Shown here piece after piece: positions 19,210-31,500 of a stretch of 64,000 nt of DNA. This stretch comes from a virus. Lineage: Duplodnaviria > Caudoviricetes. The stretch covers positions 1 through 64,000 of the IMG/VR virus record IMGVR_UViG_3300031555_003309; one strand, written 5' to 3'. Under the pieces are notes generated by a model that saw only the letters and a program-made list of their open reading frames with translations, was not told where the DNA came from and did not search any database. Within the stretch, counting starts at the first letter, position 1. Every line of letters starts with the position of its first letter. Position numbers and translations under genes: made by a program.

Positions 19210-21369
19210 ATGAACATTATAAAAAAAGATGGTACACTGGAAGCTTTTAATAAACACAAAATATTTAATGCTATTTCTAAATCTTCAAATAGAGTGATGG
19301 TACATTTATCTAATGAAGATAAAGAAATGATATATAACAACATTGTTGATTTAATTAAATCTCACGGATGGTCTGATGTGAGTGTTGAAAATATGCATTA
19401 TGCTGTAGAGACTGTTTTAGAAGAATTTAATAGTAAAGTAGCTAAATCATATAAAGATTATAGAAATTATAAACAAGATTTTATTCATATTTTGGATAAA
19501 GTATATGAAAAATCTCAATCTATCATGTATATAGGAGATAGAGATAATGCAAATACTGATAGTGCATTAGTTCCTACACAAAGAAGTCTAGTATATAATG
19601 AGTTAAATGGAGAGCTATATAAAAAATTCTTTTTAAGCATAGAAGAAAAACAAGCTATGAAAGATGGATATATTTATATTCATGATAGAAATGCTAGAAG
19701 AGATACAATGAATTGCTGTTTATTTGATATGTTTAATGTAGTTCTTAATGGATTTGAAATGGGCAACATTTGGTATAATGAACCAAAAACATTAGATGTA
19801 GCATTTGATGTTATTAGTGATGTAACAATGTCAGCAGCTGCTTGTCAATATGGAGGATTTACAATTCCACGAGTAGATTCATTATTAGTACCTTTTGCTG
19901 AAAAATCATATGATAAATATTATAATGAATATTTAGAAATTTATAATGATATTTGTGAACTCGATAAAACTAATAGTACTTTTGATGAAATATATGCACA
20001 AGCTGATGAGTATGCTATGAAAAAAGTAGAAAGAGATATGGAACAAGGATTTCAATCTTGGGAATATAGGTTTAATACTGTTGGTTCTTCTAGAGGAGAT
20101 TATCCATTTATTGCAACTAGTTTTGGTATAGATACAACTAAATTTGGAGTACTTGCTACAAGAATTATTTTAAAAGTAAGAAAAAATGGTCAAGGCAAAA
20201 CAGGCTATAAAAAACCGGTTTTATTTCCTAAACTTACATTTTTATATGATGATACTTTGCATGGAGAAAATAAAGCATTTGAATTTCTGTTTGATGAAGC
20301 AATTGAATGTAGTAGGAAATGCATGTATCCGGATTTCTTATCTCTTACAGGAGAAGGTTATATTCCATCAATGTATAAAAAATATGGTAAGGTTGTTTCA
20401 TTAATGGGATGTAGAGCAAGTTTATCTCCTTGGTATGAAAGAGGCGGAATGGAACCTGCAGATGAAAATGATGTACCTGTATTTGAAGGCAGATTTAACA
20501 TGGGTGCTATTTCATTACATTTACCAATGATACTTGCAAAATCAAGAGAAGAAAATAAAGATTTTTATGAAGTGTTAATTCATTATTTGGAAATAATAAG
20601 AAATCTTCATAAAAAAACATATAATTATTTAGGTGAAAAGAAAGCATCTACAAATCCATTAGGATTTATGCAAGGTGGATTTTATGGCGGACATCTAAAG
20701 GCAGATGATAATATTCTTCCATTATTAGCACCTATGACAATGAGTTTCGGTGTAACAGCTCTTAATGAATTACAAGTATTATACAATGGAAAAACCATAA
20801 CAGAAGATGGTGAATTTGCATTAGAAGTTATGAAATTCATAAATGAATATATTAATAAAATTAAAAAAGAAGATAAAATTTTATATGCAATTTATGGAAC
20901 TCCAGCTGAATCATTAGCAGGCTTACAAGTTACTCAATTTAGAGAAAAATATGGAGTAATAAAAGGTGTTTCTGATAAACCATATGTTTCAAATAGTTTT
21001 CATTGTGCAGTATGGGAAGATATTACTCCTATAGAAAAGCAAGATAAAGAAGAAAGATTTTGGAATTTATTTAATGGCGGTAAAATTCAATACTGTAAAT
21101 ATCCGATAGATTATAACATTGAAGCTATAAAAACATTGGTGAGAAGAGCAATGGCTAAAGGATTTTATGAAGGTGTAAATCTTTCATTGTCTTATTGTGA
21201 AGAATGTGGTCATGAAGAATTAAACATGAATGAATGTCCTAAGTGTGGAAGTGAATTAGTCACCAAAATAGATAGAATGAATGGATATTTAGGATTTAGT
21301 AGAGTTCATGGAAAAACAAGATATAACGATTCAAAAATGGCTGAAATAGCAGATAGAATATCAATGTAA
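19210..21369 (+). CDS. nrdD: Anaerobic (class III) ribonucleoside-triphosphate reductase
   Basis: N-terminal ATP cone (IIKKDG), YIHD..MNCC, MGCR, TPAESL, CEEC/CPKC zinc site, glycyl-radical loop RMNGYLG. Confidence 0.95.
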   Translation: MNIIKKDGTLEAFNKHKIFNAISKSSNRVMVHLSNEDKEMIYNNIVDLIKSHGWSDVSVENMHYAVETVLEEFNSKVAKSYKDYRNYKQDFIHILDKVYEKSQSIMYIGDRDNANTDSALVPTQRSLVYNELNGELYKKFFLSIEEKQAMKDGYIYIHDRNARRDTMNCCLFDMFNVVLNGFEMGNIWYNEPKTLDVAFDVISDVTMSAAACQYGGFTIPRVDSLLVPFAEKSYDKYYNEYLEIYNDICELDKTNSTFDEIYAQADEYAMKKVERDMEQGFQSWEYRFNTVGSSRGDYPFIATSFGIDTTKFGVLATRIILKVRKNGQGKTGYKKPVLFPKLTFLYDDTLHGENKAFEFLFDEAIECSRKCMYPDFLSLTGEGYIPSMYKKYGKVVSLMGCRASLSPWYERGGMEPADENDVPVFEGRFNMGAISLHLPMILAKSREENKDFYEVLIHYLEIIRNLHKKTYNYLGEKKASTNPLGFMQGGFYGGHLKADDNILPLLAPMTMSFGVTALNELQVLYNGKTITEDGEFALEVMKFINEYINKIKKEDKILYAIYGTPAESLAGLQVTQFREKYGVIKGVSDKPYVSNSFHCAVWEDITPIEKQDKEERFWNLFNGGKIQYCKYPIDYNIEAIKTLVRRAMAKGFYEGVNLSLSYCEECGHEELNMNECPKCGSELVTKIDRMNGYLGFSRVHGKTRYNDSKMAEIADRISM

Positions 21370-21427
21370 TTAAATAATAAATATAAATAAAATCAATTAT
21401 AATATATAGAACAAAATATATCAAATT

Positions 21428-21474
21428 AAGTCTGAATTATAAAGATTTACAGTCTAATGTAATTCAGACTTTTT
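21428..21474 (+). terminator. Hairpin/terminator between nrdD and nrdG
   Basis: aagtctgaatta / taattcagactt followed by T's. Confidence 0.55.
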
Positions 21475-21503
21475 ATTATAAATATATGAAAGAGGCGAAT
21501 TAG

Positions 21504-22004
21504 ATGAAATATCAAAATGTAACACACAATGATATACTAAATGGAGAAGGTATAAGAGTAGTATTATGGGTATCTGGTTGTCAACATCAATGTAAAAATT
21601 GTCATAATCCTATAACATGGGATGTAAATGATGGATTAGAATTTGATGAAACTGTAAAACAGGAAATAATAGAAGAATTACATAAAGATTATATATCAGG
21701 AATTACCTTTTCTGGAGGAGATCCATTTCATCCATCAAATATAACAGATGTTTTAAATTTTACACATGAAATTAAACAAATATTTTCTAATAAAAATATA
21801 TGGGTTTATACAGGATATTTAATGGAAGAAATTCTAGAATGGAATTTGGATATATCTGATATAGATGTAATCATAGATGGAAAGTTTATAGATGAATTAC
21901 ATTCTACAGATTTACACTGGGTGGGTTCTTCTAATCAAAGAATTATAGATGTAAAACAAACTTTGCATGAAAATAAAATAATATTATATAAGGAGTTAAT
22001 TTAA
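21504..22004 (+). CDS. nrdG: Anaerobic RNR activating protein (radical SAM)
   Basis: NGEGIRVVLWVSGCQHQCKNC (CxxxCxxC), GITFSGGDP, IDGKF, GSSNQR; follows nrdD. Confidence 0.95.
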   Translation: MKYQNVTHNDILNGEGIRVVLWVSGCQHQCKNCHNPITWDVNDGLEFDETVKQEIIEELHKDYISGITFSGGDPFHPSNITDVLNFTHEIKQIFSNKNIWVYTGYLMEEILEWNLDISDIDVIIDGKFIDELHSTDLHWVGSSNQRIIDVKQTLHENKIILYKELI

Positions 22005-22006
22005 TA

Positions 22007-22318
22007 ATGATTGGAAAATATAAAGTTATTACACTTTGTGGTTCAACTAAATTTAAAGATGAATTTTATCAAGCGCAAAAGAAATTGACATTACAGGGTA
22101 ATATTGTTATTTCAGTTGGATGTTTTGGACATTCTGATAATAATGAAATTTTTGATGAAAATACTAAACTAATGTTAGATGATATGCATAAAAGAAAAAT
22201 TGACATGGCTGATGAAATCGTAGTAATTAATAAAAATGACTATATAGGTCCATCTACTAAATCTGAAATAGAATATGCAAAAAAGACAGGAAAACCTGTT
22301 AATTACTATTTTAATTAA
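22007..22318 (+). CDS. Nucleoside 2-deoxyribosyltransferase-like (DUF4406-like) protein
   Basis: VITLCGS...MHKRKIDMADEIVVIN...GPSTKSEIEYAK..GKPV. Confidence 0.55.
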   Translation: MIGKYKVITLCGSTKFKDEFYQAQKKLTLQGNIVISVGCFGHSDNNEIFDENTKLMLDDMHKRKIDMADEIVVINKNDYIGPSTKSEIEYAKKTGKPVNYYFN

Positions 22319-22330
22319 AATATAATTATA
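22316..22330 (+). promoter_or_regulatory. TAAAATAnAAnTATA motif
   Basis: taaaatataattata before the ORF at 22361. Confidence 0.55.
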
Positions 22331-22360
22331 AGAATTTAATTAAATAGGAAGTGAGTTATA

Positions 22361-22852
22361 ATGATAAGAATAGTAGAATCATTAGGTGATAAAGAAGGTA
22401 AATTAGTAATTGATGTAAAAGATTCTGAAGGACAATTAAAAGAATTAATTGATTATATTAAAGAGGTTGCAAACGCTGGACATACTTTTGATGTTGTAGT
22501 AGACCCTGGTAATAATGATTGGGAAAAATCTTTTGAAATTGATGGTGACGGTGCATTTAGTATTAAAGAAGTGAAATTTGAAAAAGATGACGAAGATGAA
22601 GAAGATGACGATGATAATGAAATTGAAATTGAAATTAAAAAAGAAAGCGTAAATAGTGAAGATGATTTCATTTTAGCTTTGACAGATGTATTAAAATCCA
22701 TGAGAGTATTAAATGAATTATGGCATCAAGGGGATATAACCGCAGAATGTTTAAATAATGAAAAATATCCATTTAATAAAAGTTTTGATGAAGTATGTGA
22801 AGATGTAAATAATTGGTTAACTGAAACAAAGAAAATTTCTATATCAGGTTGA
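22361..22852 (+). CDS. Acidic protein with MIRIVES leader (candidate internal head protein)
   Basis: Leader motif, poly-acidic linker, internal KKES. Confidence 0.5.
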   Translation: MIRIVESLGDKEGKLVIDVKDSEGQLKELIDYIKEVANAGHTFDVVVDPGNNDWEKSFEIDGDGAFSIKEVKFEKDDEDEEDDDDNEIEIEIKKESVNSEDDFILALTDVLKSMRVLNELWHQGDITAECLNNEKYPFNKSFDEVCEDVNNWLTETKKISISG

Positions 22853-22884
22853 TATATATTTAAATTTAATAGTTTTATTAATTA

Positions 22885-22912
22885 AAAAGAGTTGATTAAT
22901 ATCAACTCTTTT
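22885..22912 (+). terminator. Intrinsic terminator
   Basis: aaaagagttgat-taat-atcaactctttt. Confidence 0.75.
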
Positions 22913-22925
22913 GTTTGTTTTTAAA

Positions 22926-22940
22926 TAAAATATAATTATA
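22926..22940 (+). promoter_or_regulatory. TAAAATAnAAnTATA motif
   Basis: taaaatataattata between the terminator and RBS gaaaggag. Confidence 0.55.
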
Positions 22941-22967
22941 ATATATAAAATGAAAGGAGATATATAA

Positions 22968-25016
22968 ATGTCAGATATGTTTTTAGGTTCACAAACTCCT
23001 TTATATCAAAATGTAACAATTAAAAGAAGAAGTAAAACCGGAAAAATATTAGAAGAAAGACATGCTAAAAATAGAGTAACTAGATTAATGTTATATGGTA
23101 TCGGTAAATTTTTATTAGGACATTTTAATAATAGCTCACCTGACAAAATTTATGAGCATATACCAAGATATTTAGCATTAGGCACTAATGTAGCGCCCCT
23201 TGATGAAACAAATGTAGGCGTAGGTATAAATTCTACAGTTAATGATACTAGATTATTAAATGAAATAAAATATGCAACTGTAAAAGGTGGAACTGAAACA
23301 GTTAATAGAATATGGATTGCAGAACGTAATATGTGTAAATTAAATACAAAATTTTCAGATCCATTTATTAAGCTTACAATAAAAACATATGTTAGTTCTT
23401 ATCAATACGATGGAGTAACTATAGGAGAAGCTGGTTTATTTAGTAAAGAACAAAATAACAATTGTTTAGCAAGGGTATGTTTTGCTCCTATAACTAAAAA
23501 TCCAGGTGAAGTATTAGATATACAGTGGGATATTACACTGCTGTCATATGGAGAAACAAAATATGCTGAAAAGTTAGAAATTGAAAATGGATATGATATT
23601 GTTATTCCTTTGACATACACTAATAAGGTCTTTAAAACTATCGGTTTAAAAACATATATTTTTAAAGAAAATAATACGATTGGAACATCAGAACAAGAAT
23701 TATATTTTAAGTATGATACAAACGGCGTTATAACGCCTTTAGTGTCAGATGCTTATTTTCCAGGAACAACTTTATATTCCAGATTGAAATATTATGATGT
23801 GTCTGATTCATTTGATAGTATATTAGAACAAATAAAAACTTCCAAATTAAATGATGTATCTAATCCATTTTATTTAATATCGAATAATCAAAAAGTTCCG
23901 TGTATAATTCATATAGGACCTTTATATGATTATGATGATATAGAAGATATTGAAGAAAATGAGTTAGCAATGACATTATTATATGATGAAGATATTCATG
24001 AAGAGTATATTGAAACTGGATGGACTTATCAATATGATGGAGGATTAAATGAATACAAAATCTATTCTCCACAATTTGATACAGATAAATATAAATTACT
24101 CAATAATGAATTTTTTATTAAAGAAGATGATAAATGGATAACTACTAATACATTTTTATATAATACTATGGTTATAAATTTAGATAAAGAAAGACTTGAA
24201 TATTCTTTACGCGATGGAAACATTTATAAAGTTAAAATCACTAATGAAAAAATATTTACCAATCAATATCTAAATTATTCAGATATAATAGATGAAAAAA
24301 CATTATTACCTGATGAAAAATTACATTTATATTCTATAGAAAAGCATAATACGCTTATTAGAACAGGTTGGACTGTTGATACTAAAGATTATATGAAATT
24401 ATATAAAGATGGTGAATATGCAGAATATCATATTAGTAGGGATAATTATTGGATCATGTCTAATTATAGCAAATTAATACCTGTTATAACTCCTAAAGAT
24501 GCAACCGATAAATCTATAACATGGATTATACAAAACACAGATATAGCAACTATAAATTGGGATGGTGTCGTTACAGGATGGAATATAGGTGAAACAACAG
24601 CTATTGCATCTACTACAAACGGAATAAAAACAAAAGTAAGAGTAAGAGTGATTAAAGAAACAAGTTATATAGACATAAGCAATATAGAAGTGACGCCTAA
24701 TGAAATAATTTTAATTGTCGATGGTGATGAAAATCAAAACTTTACATTAAAAGCAAATGTATCGCCTTTAATAGCTACTAATCCTACCGTTAAATGGAGT
24801 GCATCATATGAAATAGCTAATTGTATTTCATTAATAGATTTAGGAGATAATAAAGCAAGGGTAATGTTAAGCGGAAATGGATCTACAGGAAGTGGAGAAA
24901 TTATAGCAACTTCTCATACGGGATTAACTGCTAAATGTAAAGTTACAGTTTTATTTTCAAATGCAAATAACACATGTGATTGTGACGATCCATCACATTT
25001 ATTACAAGAAGGATAA
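22968..25016 (+). CDS. Tail-collar/baseplate-type protein with C-terminal Ig-like (Big_2) domains
   Basis: YLALGT...DTRLLNEI...IGEAGLF...LARVCFAPITK...LDIQWDI N-domain; ITPKDATDKSITW...DGVVTG and VSPLIATNPTVKWS...AKCKVTV. Confidence 0.7.
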   Translation: MSDMFLGSQTPLYQNVTIKRRSKTGKILEERHAKNRVTRLMLYGIGKFLLGHFNNSSPDKIYEHIPRYLALGTNVAPLDETNVGVGINSTVNDTRLLNEIKYATVKGGTETVNRIWIAERNMCKLNTKFSDPFIKLTIKTYVSSYQYDGVTIGEAGLFSKEQNNNCLARVCFAPITKNPGEVLDIQWDITLLSYGETKYAEKLEIENGYDIVIPLTYTNKVFKTIGLKTYIFKENNTIGTSEQELYFKYDTNGVITPLVSDAYFPGTTLYSRLKYYDVSDSFDSILEQIKTSKLNDVSNPFYLISNNQKVPCIIHIGPLYDYDDIEDIEENELAMTLLYDEDIHEEYIETGWTYQYDGGLNEYKIYSPQFDTDKYKLLNNEFFIKEDDKWITTNTFLYNTMVINLDKERLEYSLRDGNIYKVKITNEKIFTNQYLNYSDIIDEKTLLPDEKLHLYSIEKHNTLIRTGWTVDTKDYMKLYKDGEYAEYHISRDNYWIMSNYSKLIPVITPKDATDKSITWIIQNTDIATINWDGVVTGWNIGETTAIASTTNGIKTKVRVRVIKETSYIDISNIEVTPNEIILIVDGDENQNFTLKANVSPLIATNPTVKWSASYEIANCISLIDLGDNKARVMLSGNGSTGSGEIIATSHTGLTAKCKVTVLFSNANNTCDCDDPSHLLQEG

Positions 25017-25030
25017 TGAGGTGATTAACT

Positions 25031-25483
25031 ATGAATAAATATAAAGTTACATTTGATTTTGACATGGATGAAGTATTAGATTCAGATTATCATGTAGAAA
25101 TTGAATCTTTTGATGATAATAAGCTATATGATGTATTTGATGAAGATGGAACACAAGTATTAGAAGATTGGTATAATTCTGATAATAAAGATGATATAAA
25201 AATACAAAGTATTCAATATGAATTTGATAAAGAATGGTCAGGAGAAATTATTATTATCACAAATAAAGAGCCAAAAGAGTTACAAAGCTTGGGTGATTTT
25301 TCTGTAGAACAATTATTTGAACTCGATTGTGTATATGTAACTGCTCATTATGAAGGTACCGATTATGAACCTTATTGGAATTATAGTAGATCAGAACCGG
25401 ATGAAAGAAAAGTTCGTATTGATTATAGTGAAGATTTTTCTATTTATGATTATTCAAATGTGCAAATTAACAAAATAAATTAA
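25031..25483 (+). CDS. Acidic hypothetical protein
   Basis: RBS gaggtga; 150 aa. Confidence 0.55.
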   Translation: MNKYKVTFDFDMDEVLDSDYHVEIESFDDNKLYDVFDEDGTQVLEDWYNSDNKDDIKIQSIQYEFDKEWSGEIIIITNKEPKELQSLGDFSVEQLFELDCVYVTAHYEGTDYEPYWNYSRSEPDERKVRIDYSEDFSIYDYSNVQINKIN

Positions 25484-25496
25484 TGATATTTTTGTA

Positions 25497-25545
25497 AAGA
25501 GAACCATATACAGAATTAAAAAACTATGGTTCTCTTTTATTTTTT
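25497..25545 (+). terminator. Intrinsic terminator
   Basis: aagagaaccata / tatggttctctt followed by T-runs. Confidence 0.65.
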
Positions 25546-25551
25546 CTTAAT

Positions 25552-25566
25552 TAAAATAGAAATATA
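25552..25566 (+). promoter_or_regulatory. TAAAATAnAAnTATA motif
   Basis: taaaatagaaatata before the giant ORF. Confidence 0.55.
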
Positions 25567-25588
25567 TATAACAAAATTTTTATATTAG

Positions 25589-28500
25589 GTGGTGACAATT
25601 TTGACTAATTCAGATTTTTCTTCAAATATACAAGCTGTAACGTTTAAACAAAATTCAGGCGGTATTATTGGAATGTTTATTGATGTGAATGCAGATACAA
25701 TTTTTAAAGAAATAACATTGTATATAGGACATTCGTCAACTAATAATCATTTTGCTCCTGCTAATGGAAGAAATATCACCGTTGGATATTGGATTGTTGA
25801 TGAAACGTTTGATAAAAATTTTAATATTGATGATTTAAATATTCCTATTTTAGATAAAAGCGAAAATATATTACAGCCTATATATTGCAATAAGATAAAT
25901 TGTTTAAGTCCTACAGATAACGTTGATTCTATAATTTATGGTAATGGTGATAAAACCTTTATAAATACAAATAACATACCATTAGATTCAATGTATAGAT
26001 TTTCTTTTTCATTTGATCTAAATGATGTTGATCAAGAAAAACTTTTAGTAAAAAATGGAAAGATATTTTTAGCTATAATATCTAATTCATTAAGTTATAG
26101 CACGACTGCATTGACAATCGGTATGAATGTAGGTGGTACTTATTATTATACTGAAATGCAAGATAATTCAAAAACTCATAAATCTAATTTGTTTAGTATA
26201 TATTATGAAAATATAGTGACTGGAAAATTATTAGATGATGCAAATGTAGAATTAGAATCATCAAAACCTCCTAAAATAAGGTGTAGTGATATAAGGTATA
26301 GAACATTATCTCAAATAGAAGATAATGTTTATAGTGATGGTTCATTTACTCCAGGGTATGATGATGGTGGTGAAACATTTGAAGAAGCTTATAAGAGATA
26401 TTTAGATAATGGAAAAAATCCACAATATTGTATTTTTAATGAAGATTATAAATTCAATAGTGATTTTAACATATCTCAAGGTAATCTAAAAGATGTAATA
26501 TTTGCCAAGCCTGAATTAGAAGCATTTAATAGAGGTGGAGAAGGAGATTTAGATGAAGCGAGATGGGTGTTTAAACGCTCGAGAATAAAATTTACAATAC
26601 CACCGGTAAGAGATAAAAACGGTAATATTAGAAAAGTAACAATGTATGTTAGATATAAAGTTGTAGCTGATATTCATGACACTTATTCTATAAATGGAGT
26701 TAAAGCATATAGAAACAAATATGTAACTAAGATATATTCTTATGATGAAACAAATAATGGTTATATAGACTTAGTTATTTGTCCTCGTGATGAAGGAGTT
26801 TTAGATAATGGTGAATTTAAAGTTGTACTGGAAAGAGCATATGCAAATATTAAAACATATTCAGAACCAGCAGAATATTATTTTAAAACTTATCAAAAAC
26901 CTATAGTTAACATAGCTTATCCTAAAATAACCCGAAATCAATACACTGGAAAACATGGATTTAATTATTGTAAAATTCCTACATATAATTTATATGCTAA
27001 TTTTAAAGGTGAAAATTCAATATGTAGTAAACATGTATGTGATGCATTAAATTTACAATTGGCTAGTCCTAAACCAGACACGAGTGGCATTCCATTATTT
27101 GTTCGTTTTTATATAGCTGAATATAAATATGGAAGAAATGGATGTTTAAAAGAAACTAAATATGAAGATGCAAATCCAGATTTTGATTTAGATAAATTTG
27201 ATACTTTGCAAGATTTATATGTATCTAAAAATAAAAATGATTATACCAGTGAAGAAGATATATTATCAGGTAATGCAGTTCCTTTATCATATATGACAGG
27301 AATTAATAATTGTGATGGTAATCCAATAGTATTATCTGGAAGATTAACTGATAAAAATATAAAAGATTTAATAACTGATAAAAATGGTCAACAATTAAAA
27401 CTTTGGACTTATAGACAATGGGATGCTATTCCTAAAGAACAAGATGACATATTAGTGGGTAATTATTCATCATACACTAATAATGGAAACATACAAATAG
27501 GGTTAAAATTATGTGTAGAAAAAATAAATGGTACATACAATGTTTATGTTAAACTTCCTCGTTGGTTAACTATAACACAATTAATTAATCAAGCAAATAC
27601 TATAACGTTTAAAGCTAAAATTGATAATAAACCTACTTCAAATGTAGCCATATGGCTTTTAGATCCTAACTACAAAAATGGTAATGAAACAGTATATTTA
27701 TCATATGCTGTAACTAATAAAGATACAGGACTTGCAACATTACCTGATAACAAAATTAATAACAAAATTTTAGAAGTTGATATTGCATCTAAAACTTTCA
27801 CTAATGAAACTTATGGAACTTATAGTGATGGTGCTCTTGAATTAAATTTTTCATTATCTTCTCCATATAATTTAACTAATAAAGTAGTACCTGATCATTT
27901 TGGACCGCCTGTAGTTATAAATTATGATTCTCAAGATAATCCTACAGAAGTAAAACAAGAAATGAGTAAAGCGTTATTATTTAGAGCAGGATATATATAC
28001 TTAGTTAAAGCTAGAGTTTTTCATGGAGCTGCTGCAGGAGCTATATATGAAAAATACGGCGATATTAATCCTATTATTTACGGATATGGAAAAAGTAATG
28101 GCAATAGCGGAAAATATGATTATTCGCGTTTTACACTATATGGAGGCAAATATCCTTATAATGATAGTAGTAAATTTGGAGATGATAAACCGTATTATGA
28201 TGAAGACAGTAGATTAAAATGGCATGGTCCTGAAGATGGTACAACTAATGTTGCATTAAATGAAAGTTTAGTTAATCAAGTATATCCTGGATTTTCAGAA
28301 GCAGATCATACATTTTTTATTCCTACATGTTCATTTACATCTAAAAGTAATTTAATAACAATGCATCCTACTAGTCCGCAAATTTCTGCTAATCAATGGA
28401 TTACTTTTAATTACAGACATTTAGCTAAAAACATAGCTGGGATAGATAATAATGCATTTATAGGACTTACTTCTGATTCAGAATCTAATAAATTAGTATA

Positions 28501-31500
28501 TCAAACTAAAGGTAATTGTTTAGGAAACACTATCGGTGGTGTTCAAAACACCATGACAAGAATATTATCTATGTATAAAACATGTGTTGAAAATATGATT
28601 TGGAAATTTCATACATTAGGCGCAGGTTATCCAGATATACCATTGAATGTAGAAGAATATAAAACTAGAGTAAGAACTGGAAAATTTTATGATACATTGC
28701 TTACTTTAGCTAATTCATATTATAATTTAGGATATGTTTCTCATGATAAAGAGTGTGAGTGTGAACCTAAAATTATGTCTGAAAAATTATATATTTATAT
28801 AGATCCCATTTATAAACGTGATGTATATGAAGATGGAATTAATTATAAAAATGAATATTTATATACTGAATCATTATCTAAGAAAAATATACCTTTAGTG
28901 TACGGTTGTGAACTTAAAAATAAAACATACAATGATATAAGAAATGATGCTTTTTATACCCATATAAATAAACAAGGGGATAATGAATCTACTGACAGAT
29001 ATATAATAAAAGATGATCACGGTAATGAATTATATAAAGGTGAATGTGGATGTTATGCTCTTACTAATTATTTATCTCATTTTTCAAATGATAGTTATTA
29101 TGAAATAAATGCACCTCATGAAATAAAATATTTAGAAAATGGTAAAAATGTAACACATAAAGTTGTGCATTCGCCTAATATATGGCCTGAAACAAATATT
29201 ATTTATAGAAGATATATAGGTAACGGTGGTACTGAAACAAAAAGAAAGAAACTATTAGAACCATTAGGAAATACATATAGATGGCAAGTAGTTATTAATG
29301 CAAGTAACGTATCATTAAATAATAATGAATATGATGTTAAAGAAATAAAAATTCAACATGATAAAGATGAAATTCCTGACGCATATAAAGATAATCGTGG
29401 AAATGTACTTAAAGAATTTATGAATAATGATAATACTACTAAAGATATATTAAGATATTTCCATAGACCATATAGTGGTAAAAACACCATATATAATAAA
29501 AATGAAGCAGATGCAGAAAAATCATTTTTAATAGGAAGTCATGAAGAATTAGTTTATTACGATAACATTCAAAATTCATATTTTTATAATGAAATAAAAG
29601 ATCCGAATTTTAAATATGACAATTTAATATCAAAAGATAGTAATTATTTTAGAAGATTTACAATTAATGAATTTGCAGGTATTACTACTGGACATGCTTC
29701 ATATTCATCAGGTTATCCTGCAATGTATACTACTAAATGTTCTTCTAATACAAATTATTATAGCCATATTGAATATAGTAAATATTTTAGTAATAAATTG
29801 ATTATTCCAAAAGATTATGGAGAATTATATACAAGAATACCTACAATGTTAGATTGTGAAAATGGTATAATTAGCAAAGATCAAAACAATATTCCTAATT
29901 CAGGAGGTATTGGCTTTACTAATCACAACAACAATATAGATGATGTTAAATCTAATTGCATTCCATATGTAAGGACTACCCATTACTTATATTTTAAAAC
30001 TTGGATAAATACTCAATTTAAATTTGTTATAAAAGTTAATTTGAAAACAATAAAAGCACATGAATATGATGTGAGTTTAGATGAAGAAGGAAATCCAGAA
30101 TTGATACTTAAATGTTTTGATAGTATAGATGAGCATAATGAAGAAAATATTCAAGATGTTACTTATGCTATTCATTTTGGATCTAGAGCACTAAGAGCAG
30201 AATTCACATCAGGTGCTGAAAATTTATATGAAATTTATTCAAATATTTTGACTAAAGATAATATATTCGTTGAAAAAATAAATGAATCAGAAATATATCC
30301 GTGGGATCCAAACATGATAGTTAATGAACATGGACACTATGTAAGATACGGAAATGAATGTGGATTATCAGAAGTTTATGGTGAAGATAATGGTGGCTGG
30401 GGAAGATGTTTATCTGCAGATGATGCTTCATCTAAAGTATTATTAAAAAATGGTAACATAAGTAGAGAAAAAACTAAATCTGGAGGATTAGAAGTTCCCA
30501 TATTTGTTAGAAGAACTCCATTATTGCAACCTCAATTACTATCCGACACAATTTATGATGGACAAGAACTTATAAATATATTTGCAGGAACTAGAACTAT
30601 AGAATTAGTAAAAGTTAGAGATGAATATGACACGCAGATAACTCATTGTGATCCAAATTGGTGTTTTACTGAAAATGACGCTATGAGTGGTTTTCATTAT
30701 GTAGCTCAATTTGCATTAGGAGAAGGTTTTAGTGATACACATTTACGGACTGTAACTGGATATTATTTAAATGTATATTATCCTCATTTAGCTGAATACC
30801 AGTTATATAACACGGTACCTCCAAATGGTGGTAATGCAAATAATGTGGTATATGAAAACTATCACATAGATGCAGATACAGACCCAAGTAAATCTATAAG
30901 CAATGATTTAGATGCATTAGATGCTACAAATTTAGATTTTTTAGGTGGTTCAGGTATATGTACCGCATACACAATACTACTTATCCCAAGTGATCCAGTT
31001 TTACCGAATTCTGATGATGAAGAAATGCAATATTTCACTAACACTTTTGGACACTGGAATTATTATAAACAGCCTGCAAATTATTATATGAAACCGGATA
31101 TATTCAAAATACGATCTAAAAGTATAAAAGATGCAGGTCCTGTAGTTATTACTTATTGCAGTGCTCCTTCAACTGAAAAAATTAATACCACTGATGATGG
31201 AGATTCATTAAATAAACTTATAAGTAGTTATACAAATCCTTTTAGTAAAATAGATAAAAATACTAGAGCAATAGATCCACCACCAAGTTGGAATATAAAA
31301 GATAGAGAAAAAGTTACAGGGCATTGCTTTAAAAGAATACCATTGAATTTTAATAATTTAGTAAAAGGTTATGCAGAAGTATTTAATGAAAAAAATAATG
31401 TAATATCAACATTAAATGACTTTTTTGGAAGTCAGGTATTAACTCATGATAATACTTTAAAAGTGGGATTATCTTATGATTTAGTTATAATTCCTATATA